Position numbers and translations under genes: made by a program. The notes under the pieces were generated by a model, which saw only the letters and a program-made list of their open reading frames with translations, was not told the origin of the DNA and ran no database searches. From assembly GCA_049325595.1 (NCBI GenBank), contig JBMOLF010000007.1:1-64000 (forward strand): a DNA stretch of 64,000 nt. The letters run 5' to 3'. This document shows positions 9,331 to 18,208 of this stretch, in pieces; positions within the stretch are counted from its first letter, which is position 1; each line of letters starts with the position of its first letter. Source of the stretch: Candidatus Babelota bacterium. Lineage in GTDB: Bacteria; Babelota; Babeliae; Babelales; Vermiphilaceae.

Positions 9331-9921
9331 TTATTGCGACACGTGTTTTTTTGTTAGTAGGTCGGTAATTTTTTCTATTTGCTCTTTGTCAGGCCAATTT
9401 TCTTTGGTTGCATGCCCTAAAAGATATTCTGCTCTTTTTAGTGGTGAAACGCCGTAGTTATCAGGCTGGCCAATAAGCTTAGCATCTACTTTTTTTAATA
9501 AATCTGTTAAGAATGAAAGGCGCTTTCTTGCAACGGCAATATGCAACACATTGTTGCCATGAGAATCAGTAAGGTTCCAGTTTATATCTTTTCGTTTTAA
9601 AAATTCCCTAAAAGCTATACCATTGCCACCTTCAATTATATAAAACAAGGGAGTGTATTGAGAATAGCGGATTTTGCCGTCAGGCCTAATACGGTGATCA
9701 TGTAACACAAAATGCTGTATAGATTTCTGTTCACAAAAATTGGGTTCCTGGCAGTTAATGTTGCATGTTGAGTCGGCAAGAAGTGCTTTGAGTGATGAAA
9801 TATTATTGGTTATTGCGGCTGTGGTAATTTCGTTTGCACAGGGTACTAAGGCTACTCTTGACTGCATACTATAACCAAGAGTCCCTATGCTTAAGATGAT
9901 GCAAAGCAACAGTTTTTTCAC
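9331..9921 (-). CDS. Secreted ankyrin repeat protein
   Basis: Signal peptide; YTPLFY, GNNVLHIAV, GVSPLKRA. Confidence 0.8.
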   Translation of the reverse strand: MKKLLLCIILSIGTLGYSMQSRVALVPCANEITTAAITNNISSLKALLADSTCNINCQEPNFCEQKSIQHFVLHDHRIRPDGKIRYSQYTPLFYIIEGGNGIAFREFLKRKDINWNLTDSHGNNVLHIAVARKRLSFLTDLLKKVDAKLIGQPDNYGVSPLKRAEYLLGHATKENWPDKEQIEKITDLLTKKHVSQ

Positions 9922-10012
9922 GCAATATCCTTTAATGTAAGCAGAGTAATATTGGTGAAAAGTATAAAACGTGTCGAGCGCTTGTCAATTAGGCAATCAG
10001 CAAGAAGTGTTC

Positions 10013-11371
10013 TTATGAAAGAATAAGTTGACTCACGTAACAGTAAATTAATACTCCTAAAATATCCATTAATGTTGCCAAAAAAGGACCAGCAGAAAAA
10101 GCAGGGTCAATATTAAGTCTCTTGAGTAAGAATGGGGTACAGCTGCCCAAAACAACTGAAACCATAACGATAGACGCAAGGGAAATAGAAATGGTAACAC
10201 ATTCGATCAACGAGGCAGATGTCCACCAGGCACGCAGAAAGGCAAACAATCCTAAAATTACTGCAAGCACACCAGCCATTAACATTTCTCTGCGTATAAA
10301 TCGTTTAAAATTGGCTTCGTGAATTTCGCCAGAGGCAAATCCTTGAATAACTAGGGCTGAAGTTTGGTTACTTGCATTGCCACCGGTACTAATAAGCATA
10401 TTGGTAAAGTACAAAAGAGAGCCTATTTGAAGTGTCGATTTGAACGATTTCATAATGGTAGTTGAAAATGATTGGGCAATGAGTAATCCAATTAAAATAT
10501 AGCCACGCTCATAAAGCAATCTGCCAAAAGATGTTTCAAAATAAGGGTTTTTCATAGGAGCAAGAGCAGACATTTTTTGAACATCTTCGCTTGCTTCTTC
10601 AACCAAAATATCAACCAAAATATCACTTGGAATTACGCCCAAGAATTGTCCATCTTTGCCAACTACCGGAACAATCATTAAGCCATAGTGAATCATTTGT
10701 TTTGCAATTTGCTCGCGATCTTGATCGGCTGTTACAATTAGTTCATTTTTTTGCATAAAAGAACTAATTCGGTTTTTAGCAGGCTGTAATACAAGATCTT
10801 CAATTTGAATGTGACCAACCAAAATACCTGAGCGATCGGTAACATAAATTTGTTGATGAATATCTTTATCGGGTTGTAAACGCTGAAGCACTTGAATGCT
10901 CTTTTCAACAGTAAAATCTTCAACAAGGGTAATTACATCGGTACTCATGATTCCCCCTGCTGATTCAGGGTCAAATTTGAGTAGTGATACTACTTTTTCT
11001 CGTTCAGTTTTGTTAAGAAGCACTAAATATTCTTTGAGCTCGTCATCAGAAAACAGGTCAAATAAGTCGGTTAATTTATCAGTAGGCATTTGATTAAGGG
11101 CGTCGACACGTTCTTGGGTACTCATGAAGGTTAATGATTCAACTTTCATTGAGTCGGGCAATTCAGGAAAAACAGAAAGTTTTATTTCGTTTGGTAGCAT
11201 AAGAAACAGTTTTTTAAAAAGCTCTCTGTCTACATTAGAAAAAAAGTCAGCAATATCGGCAGGGTGAATTTGAGTAAATTGGTTCCATAGTTCTTGCGCA
11301 AAGGGAGAATCTTGCTGAATAATTGCATCGATATGCTGTAAAATTTCATTGAAAATAGTGTCAGTGTTCAT
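10013..11371 (-). CDS. mgtE: Magnesium transporter MgtE
   Basis: HPADIA, SAGGIMST CBS pair, GGNASNQT, IDPA..GPF..TLMD; GGAGG RBS. Confidence 0.93.
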   Translation of the reverse strand: MNTDTIFNEILQHIDAIIQQDSPFAQELWNQFTQIHPADIADFFSNVDRELFKKLFLMLPNEIKLSVFPELPDSMKVESLTFMSTQERVDALNQMPTDKLTDLFDLFSDDELKEYLVLLNKTEREKVVSLLKFDPESAGGIMSTDVITLVEDFTVEKSIQVLQRLQPDKDIHQQIYVTDRSGILVGHIQIEDLVLQPAKNRISSFMQKNELIVTADQDREQIAKQMIHYGLMIVPVVGKDGQFLGVIPSDILVDILVEEASEDVQKMSALAPMKNPYFETSFGRLLYERGYILIGLLIAQSFSTTIMKSFKSTLQIGSLLYFTNMLISTGGNASNQTSALVIQGFASGEIHEANFKRFIRREMLMAGVLAVILGLFAFLRAWWTSASLIECVTISISLASIVMVSVVLGSCTPFLLKRLNIDPAFSAGPFLATLMDILGVLIYCYVSQLILS

Positions 11372-11525
11372 GAGTCCTCCCAAAAATCCCTTATTTTGCC
11401 TTAAATTATTTTTCAGAGTAAAATATATGGAAAAGCTTGTCTATGTATAGTTGCCATTTGACAATTTATTGTACTAATTTGCACTAAAAAAGGTTTAAAA
11501 AGTTTTTAAAATGGAGTCATACTAA

Positions 11526-12476
11526 ATGGAGAACAATTTAAAACAATCCTCACATATCCAATCGTTTATTTTTGATCGTGCCGTTCCAGAGAGAATAGAT
11601 AAATATTTATCTGAATGCTTAGATAAATATTCTAGAACTTTTTTTAAGCGTATGATTGATGAAGGTCATGTTCTGGTCAATGAAAAACCGGTGAGCAAAT
11701 CAAGTGTAGTTCTAAAAGAAGGCGATAAAATAACAGTTATCTTTCCTGTAGAGCCAATTGTTGCTCAAACACATATTCCGGTAAATGATTTGGTGTTGCC
11801 AATTATATATCGTAATGAGCATTTTCTTATTATTCAAAAACCAGCGCCTTTACTCGTTCACCAACCGGCTACTGTTTCAAGTGAGCCAAGTGTGGTTGAT
11901 TGGTTAATTGCTCATTTTAAAGAAGCGGCAACAGTAGGGTATTTGGATCGACCGGGAATTGTTCATCGGCTTGATAAAGATACTTCAGGTTTGCTGATAA
12001 TTGCGTTGACCAACTATGCTCATCTTGAATTTAGTAAATTATTCAAAGATCGCAAAGTGCACAAAACCTATTTAGCAGTGGTAGAGGGTCACCCGGAACC
12101 AGAAGGCACTATAAATTATCCAATTGGACGCAGTATGAGCGATCGTAAAAAGATGGCAGCATTTAAGGTAGAGCCTTTAGGGCTTAAATTACGAGAGGCT
12201 ACCACTCATTACCGTGTTCTTGAGTATTTTAAAAATAGTGCATTGGTTGAAGTAAAACCTGTAACTGGTAGAACTCATCAAATTCGAGTACATTGCGCTG
12301 CTATTGGGCATCCTATTATTGGGGATATAGTATATGGCCATAAGTCTAAGTTAATTAATCGTCAGGCTTTGCATGCTCATGAATTATCATTTGTTTTTGA
12401 CGGGGAAAACTATCATTTTATAGCGGATTTACCGGATGACTTTGCTCAATTACTTACTCATTTACGTAATGAATAG
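11526..12476 (+). CDS. rluD: RluA-family pseudouridine synthase (RluD-like)
   Basis: S4 domain, GIVHRLDKDTSG, TGRTHQIRVH, QALHA. Confidence 0.9.
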   Translation: MENNLKQSSHIQSFIFDRAVPERIDKYLSECLDKYSRTFFKRMIDEGHVLVNEKPVSKSSVVLKEGDKITVIFPVEPIVAQTHIPVNDLVLPIIYRNEHFLIIQKPAPLLVHQPATVSSEPSVVDWLIAHFKEAATVGYLDRPGIVHRLDKDTSGLLIIALTNYAHLEFSKLFKDRKVHKTYLAVVEGHPEPEGTINYPIGRSMSDRKKMAAFKVEPLGLKLREATTHYRVLEYFKNSALVEVKPVTGRTHQIRVHCAAIGHPIIGDIVYGHKSKLINRQALHAHELSFVFDGENYHFIADLPDDFAQLLTHLRNE

Positions 12477-12600
12477 CTAAAAAATTTCTTGCTTTTTTTA
12501 GAAAGATCAATAGCCTGAACCTCGAGCTAAGAAGGAATTGTAGTAATGAAGCCTCAACTTTTTTCTTAACTTATTTGGCATTTCTAATAAAATCTTTGCT

Positions 12601-13344
12601 TTATGTTAGTATTTTCTTCTGTGTTTTTCTTCTAGCCCGTGTTGTTTGTTTCAAACCAACTTTCATAATATTTCTTTTGGGTTTGGCAAGTTGTAAAACT
12701 AATTTATTAAAATGATTTTGATATAGTTTTATTAAATAAATGTCATCCATGATAATTACATTTTCTTGGTTTTTATTATTAGCTGATTTAGTGAAGTTGA
12801 AAGACCCAGTCCAAAGCAATGGTTTGTCAAAAATATTTTTTTCAAACAAAACAAATTTGTGGTGCATTAAATCGTTAATAAATATGTTTTCTTGGATAGG
12901 CGAGTAAATATACGTTTTTATGCCTTGTTGTGCTAGTAAAGCAATTTTGCTGAATTTGGTTTGTAAGCATGAACAATCACAAACAATTTGGACATTGATT
13001 CCTTTGTGGTGTGCAGTAATAAGAGCTTGAGCAATTTCTTTATCGGTAAATGAATAAATTGCAATCTTAATTGATTTTTGTTCTTTATTGATTAAATCAA
13101 TCAATGTCTTTTGTATATCATCGTATGCTGAAAAAAGGGCATGTTTAATACAGCCTTCATGAACTAGGCATTGATGATTAAGAGGAAGCGTTTGAGAAGT
13201 TGGTTTTTTGGGGGGGACCAATAATTGATTGCCTTGTAAGATAAAATGTGTTTTACCCACATTATCAACAGTTTGATTGATGGTATCAAAAGTCCAAGAA
13301 AAGAATATGATAGATAATAGGTAATTTTTAACCACGCGCTTCAC
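12601..13344 (-). CDS. Phospholipase D-like (Nuc/PLD6-type, single HKD) protein with signal peptide
   Basis: SIKIAIYSFT; MHHKFVLFE (HxKxxxxE variant); WTGSFNFT; NQEN. Confidence 0.87.
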   Translation of the reverse strand: MKRVVKNYLLSIIFFSWTFDTINQTVDNVGKTHFILQGNQLLVPPKKPTSQTLPLNHQCLVHEGCIKHALFSAYDDIQKTLIDLINKEQKSIKIAIYSFTDKEIAQALITAHHKGINVQIVCDCSCLQTKFSKIALLAQQGIKTYIYSPIQENIFINDLMHHKFVLFEKNIFDKPLLWTGSFNFTKSANNKNQENVIIMDDIYLIKLYQNHFNKLVLQLAKPKRNIMKVGLKQTTRARRKTQKKILT

Positions 13345-13640
13345 TTGTGTTCCTTTTCTTCATCTACGATATAATTTGATAAATACAATTTTAATTGTTT
13401 GTTTGTTTCGCACAAAGTAATAGATTTTTGAATAAATTTAATTAAGTCTTCTTTGTTAACTCGCACTAATTCATCTGATAGCTCATGTGAAATTTGATCA
13501 GTTGGAGGCTCTGATATGTCTATAACTCCCAATGCTTCGAACTTATCTAGGAATGAGAAAGGAGCATTATCAGGATCAGGTTCCATTGCGCATAATGATG
13601 AAAATCCTACGACTAAAATATAGGCTATTTTTTTGCTCAT
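13341..13640 (-). CDS. Small secreted hypothetical protein
   Basis: Signal peptide ending LCA then ME; overlaps the PLD gene start. Confidence 0.7.
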   Translation of the reverse strand: MSKKIAYILVVGFSSLCAMEPDPDNAPFSFLDKFEALGVIDISEPPTDQISHELSDELVRVNKEDLIKFIQKSITLCETNKQLKLYLSNYIVDEEKEHK

Positions 13641-13663
13641 CTTACTATTTCTCCTTTTTTAGC

Positions 13664-16378
13664 TTAAAACTTCCAGCGGAACTCTGCTTCGGCGCTTGCA
13701 TCGCGGCGTTCATCGCGAATTGCCCGAATGCTAACATCATCAGAAACAAGATATTCAAGTTCAAATCGGGTGTCTTCAGATAAGCTAAAGTTTTTTTGAA
13801 TTAAAGCACGCCACCGATCACCAATTTCTATTTCTATGCCACCTCTAAGGCCGCCACGAGCAGTTTGATCGATAAAGCTTGGTGCTAAGTGAATATGCTT
13901 AAGTGGTTTGAGCATATGCCTAAAATAATTATCAAGTTTTAATGGCGACTGTTCTGATTCAAATATAATATTTTTAATATTTTGCATCACCAAAGCAGGC
14001 ATCACAATGTTTAATGATTCATTAGGAGAACCAACCAATAACAGGGCCATAATTTGATCTTCAGAAAGTGATGGCGAAGATTCTAAAGAAATAGTGTGAT
14101 TTTGTAAGGATCCTGAGACCGCTAATGTAACTTGATGTTTTTTTATAGTATTTTTTGCTAACAATTCAATAATCGGATCGTTTAGCCTATGGGGCAATAG
14201 AATAATTTCCGCTCTATTGATGTAAAGTGGTTTATAAGGGAAACTCAAGGTACCAGAATCTATTTGTATTGCCCCCGACAAATACGGATTAGATAGCGAA
14301 TTACCAATATTAACATTTACTTTTGCATTAGCTTCTAGAAACGCAGTTTTAATGCGTATTGGATCTCTGGTTTGTAATGTTATATCACAATTAATATTCG
14401 GTGGTGTTCCAGTACTTGGGGCAAAAAGTGCCTTTTGAAAAGTGGGCGAAAATAAATTCTCTTTAAGCTGTGATCGCTCAATAATTACATTACTTTGTAA
14501 AAAAGGTACTTTGCCATTTTGATACGAAAACAAGCAAGACCCAGAAACAATAGCAAAAAGATCTTTAGTGGGGTTTAAAAGACATGAATCAAAAAGAATT
14601 GGTAGGTGTATGTAGTTGAGATTATGGTCTTCAGTTAAAGATATAGTGCCCTTTTGACAGACTAACGAACCTTTATGCAACAAACATTCCGCTTTGGAAA
14701 TGGTACATTTCTTTTTATCAAAATCGATTTGAAAAGGAATGGATAATCCGGAAATAAAATTATAGGTTTGGGGCAAACGAATATTTGCTTGGGATAAATT
14801 ACATGTTCCTTTGATAATATGGTCTTTAGCTTGTGCTTCGATTAATAATTTCCCGTCAGCTTGTATATGATGTGCGACATGCGTTTTAAGTAAATCTTTT
14901 ATTAATGAAACATCAATTGTGCTTTGGATATGCAACCGATCATCAGGAGAACTTTTGAGCTCAAAAAGAGTTTGATTAGTTGGTTGTTGAGTATAGTGTG
15001 CATATAAAATTCCAAATGGATTTAAGCACAATGAGCTTTCAAATATGGCAGATTGATGATTACCTTTAATAATAATGTTTGGCCAGTCTAATTCGTAAGA
15101 ACCTTGTATGATAGCTAGATTTTCAGGTTTTATATGATGAAACGCATATGAGCCAGTTCCTTTTTGGTTGTTACCATCATAACTGCATTGTGCCGTGCAG
15201 GCAGGTAGTTTAAGAATAGGTAAAGTAATTGGATCTTTGACATGAATACCAAGCATGCCATTCGATTGATCAAGATTATAAAAAATAGTTGCATCAATGG
15301 TTTGACTTTTATCAAATTTTATACTGCAGTGCGAATTAATTAATTTTTTTTCTATATTAAGTGAAGCATCTAAATTATTGCAAAGCTGAGTATTATTTAA
15401 ATGAACATTATGAGCTTGCAGGTTAAATGTACCAGTAAAGCCGGAGGATGCAATAGTGTTATGGGCCTTCATAGTAAGGGCACCATTAAAATTGGGAAGT
15501 AACAACCCAGAAATAATACCTGCTAGATTGCTGCATAAATTTACATCAAGTGTAAGGTCGGTATCTAGCGTAATAACATCATCAGCTTGATGTGCGATTG
15601 TTTTACCGTTAATTAATTTTTCGTTAGGACTTTTTATGATCAAAGAGCCATTGTTTTTATTCCACTGCCCTTTAAGGATTAAAAGAAAAGGATCTGATGA
15701 ATGAGGGTGAACCATCCCATGGGTAGATATATGAGCAGTAGCCTCTAATTGTTTATTAGGTTGTTCAACTAACTCAATATGAATGTCGCCCGTATAGTGA
15801 GAAATAAGCAGTTTATTATCAACAATGCCATTGCCATCTAAAATCTGAACGATTGTTTTAAACATTCCAGGCATTTTTTTAGAATGACTTTGCCAGGTAA
15901 TAGTACCTTTATTTTTTTTATCTGGATCATGAAGTTCAAAAGAAGCATGTTGTAATTTAAGTTCACTTAGTGAAATAGGCACTCCCATTGCAGGCCGCAT
16001 CATACGTTCTATATGTGGCATAATGGCAAGTTTATTTTCATGGTATTGTGAACATGCTGAAATAGTTCCAATAGTAACGCGTAAATTTACTGCCCGTTTT
16101 AAAAATAAGTGAAGCCATGAAAAACCAGCACTAAAAAAATTAGTGTGCCAACTCCAATCATTGTCTTTTTTTGATTTAACTTTCATATGCTCAAGCTCAA
16201 GGCAAGGTAAAAAGAAATTGATGCGTTTAAGTGAAAATTCTACCTGACAATCAAGAGCTTCTTCAAAGGCTTTTTTAAATTCTTTACTAATGGTTGCTTG
16301 GACTGACTCATTATATTGCAATGATATAATGGTAACTATAATGCCAAGAAATAAGCCAAAAAAAATTTTTTTAATCAT
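13664..16378 (-). CDS. tamB: Translocation/assembly module TamB-like (AsmA-like) protein
   Basis: N-terminal anchor, long beta-rich body, LESSPSLSEDQIMALLLVG, C-terminal EFRWKF. Confidence 0.8.
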   Translation of the reverse strand: MIKKIFFGLFLGIIVTIISLQYNESVQATISKEFKKAFEEALDCQVEFSLKRINFFLPCLELEHMKVKSKKDNDWSWHTNFFSAGFSWLHLFLKRAVNLRVTIGTISACSQYHENKLAIMPHIERMMRPAMGVPISLSELKLQHASFELHDPDKKNKGTITWQSHSKKMPGMFKTIVQILDGNGIVDNKLLISHYTGDIHIELVEQPNKQLEATAHISTHGMVHPHSSDPFLLILKGQWNKNNGSLIIKSPNEKLINGKTIAHQADDVITLDTDLTLDVNLCSNLAGIISGLLLPNFNGALTMKAHNTIASSGFTGTFNLQAHNVHLNNTQLCNNLDASLNIEKKLINSHCSIKFDKSQTIDATIFYNLDQSNGMLGIHVKDPITLPILKLPACTAQCSYDGNNQKGTGSYAFHHIKPENLAIIQGSYELDWPNIIIKGNHQSAIFESSLCLNPFGILYAHYTQQPTNQTLFELKSSPDDRLHIQSTIDVSLIKDLLKTHVAHHIQADGKLLIEAQAKDHIIKGTCNLSQANIRLPQTYNFISGLSIPFQIDFDKKKCTISKAECLLHKGSLVCQKGTISLTEDHNLNYIHLPILFDSCLLNPTKDLFAIVSGSCLFSYQNGKVPFLQSNVIIERSQLKENLFSPTFQKALFAPSTGTPPNINCDITLQTRDPIRIKTAFLEANAKVNVNIGNSLSNPYLSGAIQIDSGTLSFPYKPLYINRAEIILLPHRLNDPIIELLAKNTIKKHQVTLAVSGSLQNHTISLESSPSLSEDQIMALLLVGSPNESLNIVMPALVMQNIKNIIFESEQSPLKLDNYFRHMLKPLKHIHLAPSFIDQTARGGLRGGIEIEIGDRWRALIQKNFSLSEDTRFELEYLVSDDVSIRAIRDERRDASAEAEFRWKF

Positions 16379-16404
16379 AGAAGATTTTAAGCTATGAGTA
16401 GCGA

Positions 16405-16896
16405 TTATGAATATGACTTCCAGCTACCAGCATACTGATATTTTCTTAAAAAAGATACGGATGATACGGCGTTTGAAAGTGCATACGTTCGATTAGCTTG
16501 TGAATGTATTAAATAAACTGTCCCGGCACTTATTATGCCACTTGGATAAAATATAATCTTATTATGTTTAAAGCTGCTTGCTTTGCTATGATGAGTATTT
16601 GGTAGTGGAGTAAAAGGCTTGCCAAATTGTAATCCATTTGCCACTTTAATTTTTGTATCAAGAACATAATAACTATTATTATCCACATCAATTACCAGTT
16701 CTTGTATGGTGCCGCTAGTTTGAGCAATTTGTTGTAAGTGAAGCGCCCATAGATATAATTTTTCAATTTCTGTTTTTTCTAATGTTTGTTTAAAAAATGA
16801 TGTTGAAAAAAATGCACAAAAACTTAAGAATGATAATAAACTTATAACAAGTAAACATTCAATCAGAGTAAAACCCTTTTTTTTAAAATGCTCCAC
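16405..16896 (-). CDS. Prepilin-type N-terminal cleavage (pseudopilin-like) protein
   Basis: KKGFTLIE plus hydrophobic helix; IIFYPSG..SAGTVYL. Confidence 0.85.
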   Translation of the reverse strand: MEHFKKKGFTLIECLLVISLLSFLSFCAFFSTSFFKQTLEKTEIEKLYLWALHLQQIAQTSGTIQELVIDVDNNSYYVLDTKIKVANGLQFGKPFTPLPNTHHSKASSFKHNKIIFYPSGIISAGTVYLIHSQANRTYALSNAVSSVSFLRKYQYAGSWKSYS

Positions 16897-17008
16897 ATCT
16901 TGCCCATTTTCTTAATTTTAAAAACAAATTGATTGAATTCGACTACATCACCATATTAGGGTGCTTAATAATAATCTATTAAGTAAACCTTTTAAAAAAA
17001 GGAGTCTC

Positions 17009-17905
17009 ATGATTAAGTCATTAAGCATATATGTATTAATAGGTGTTTTTTGCATGCACCAACCACTCATGAAAGCTCAAGTTCCTGCGCAACCAGAAAA
17101 TAGCGAAATGATTGAGAAGGGGAGTTGCTGCAAACCAAAGCCAAGCTGTTGCTTCCCATGTAATCCTACGTCCTGCCCGCCAAAACCTTGCAACCCTTGC
17201 AATTCATGCAAGCCATCATGTTGCAGAGAAATGGAAGAAGGTCCTATGATGATGGAAAAAGGCTGCTGTAAGCCTCGTCCAAATTGTTGCTTTAATCCAT
17301 GCAGCCCTACAGCATGTCCGCCAAAACCGTGTAATACTTGCAATAGTTGTAAGCCATGTTGTAGAGATTATGACATGATAGATGTTAAAGACGTTAACCC
17401 CTCAATAATGTGTGAAATGCGTTATGCATCAGAAAATAATTGTACTAAGCAAGCGCTATGTAATAACAAATGCATGGTAAGAACAGTTGTTGCTAAAGCT
17501 CTTGATGCGGTGCAAAAAGAATTAGAAATGATGGGTATGTGTCTAAAAGTATGGGATGCATATCGTCCAATGTCTATGCAAGAAAAGTTATGGAAGGCGT
17601 GCCCAGATGAGCGTTACATGGTAAACCCAATGAATCCAGATTATCATTGCTGTGGTCTTGCAGTTGATGTGACTATGGTTGATTTGATGACTGCTGAAGA
17701 ATGTGAAATGCCATCAGACTTTAATGAATTTTCAATGCGCGCTCATTGTCAGAGCAGTGATTGCTCTATGATGGCACAACGCAATTATCATATTTTACAT
17801 GATGTGATGATCAGACATGGCTTTAAGAGCTATGATGCTCAATGGCACTATTTTTATTTTGACCAATGCCCAGATTGCATGCCACTTGATATGGAATTAG
17901 AATAA
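17009..17905 (+). CDS. Cys-rich exported protein: two Cys-rich repeats plus a VanX/DdpX (M15D) D-Ala-D-Ala dipeptidase-like domain, probably inactive
   Basis: AGGAG RBS; signal peptide; MRYASENN, LKVWDAYRP, HCCGLAVDVT, MPSDFNEFS; EWWH replaced by QWHY. Confidence 0.85.
   Translation: MIKSLSIYVLIGVFCMHQPLMKAQVPAQPENSEMIEKGSCCKPKPSCCFPCNPTSCPPKPCNPCNSCKPSCCREMEEGPMMMEKGCCKPRPNCCFNPCSPTACPPKPCNTCNSCKPCCRDYDMIDVKDVNPSIMCEMRYASENNCTKQALCNNKCMVRTVVAKALDAVQKELEMMGMCLKVWDAYRPMSMQEKLWKACPDERYMVNPMNPDYHCCGLAVDVTMVDLMTAEECEMPSDFNEFSMRAHCQSSDCSMMAQRNYHILHDVMIRHGFKSYDAQWHYFYFDQCPDCMPLDMELE
17108..17368 (+). repeat. Two tandem copies of an 11-Cys peptide repeat
   Basis: CCKPKPSCCFPCNPTSCPPKPCNPCNSCKPSCCR and CCKPRPNCCFNPCSPTACPPKPCNTCNSCKPCCR. 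Confidence 0.9.
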
Positions 17906-17922
17906 TTTTCTTTATTTTTTTG

Positions 17923-17953
17923 AAAAAAGCTCGGTGTTATGCCGAGCTTTTTT
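17923..17953 (+). terminator. Rho-independent terminator
   Basis: AAAAAAGCTCGG-TGTTATG-CCGAGCTTTTTT. Confidence 0.85.
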
Positions 17954-17989
17954 GTTGTATAGTATCAGTCTAATGGATTCAAAACATCC

Positions 17990-18073
17990 TTTTTTGAGCC
18001 AAAGTTAGGTGAAGAATTGATCAAAAATTTTTAATAACAGATTATTTTTGCGTCGTCGTCAGGTGATTATTAC
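17990..18073 (+). pseudogene. 3' remnant of a paralog of 18209..19867
   Basis: Translates FFEPKLGEELIKNF**QIIFASSSGDYY versus FFEPQLGTQLIKNFYEQGYFAPSAGGYY. Confidence 0.75.
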
Positions 18074-18208
18074 AAGTTTGCCTCTCTCACATCAAATCAA
18101 AATAACAAAGTGCGCCTTCTCAAAAAAAAGATTATGACTTAATCATTGTATTTCAGATTGAAATTATTTAATATACTTTTTAAGTTAATGCAATGATTAA
18201 GGAATGTT

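Noticed and set aside
17077..17343. Repetitive minus-strand ORF (LHGLQ/LQQ)
   Set aside because: Mirror image of the Cys/Pro repeat on the plus strand
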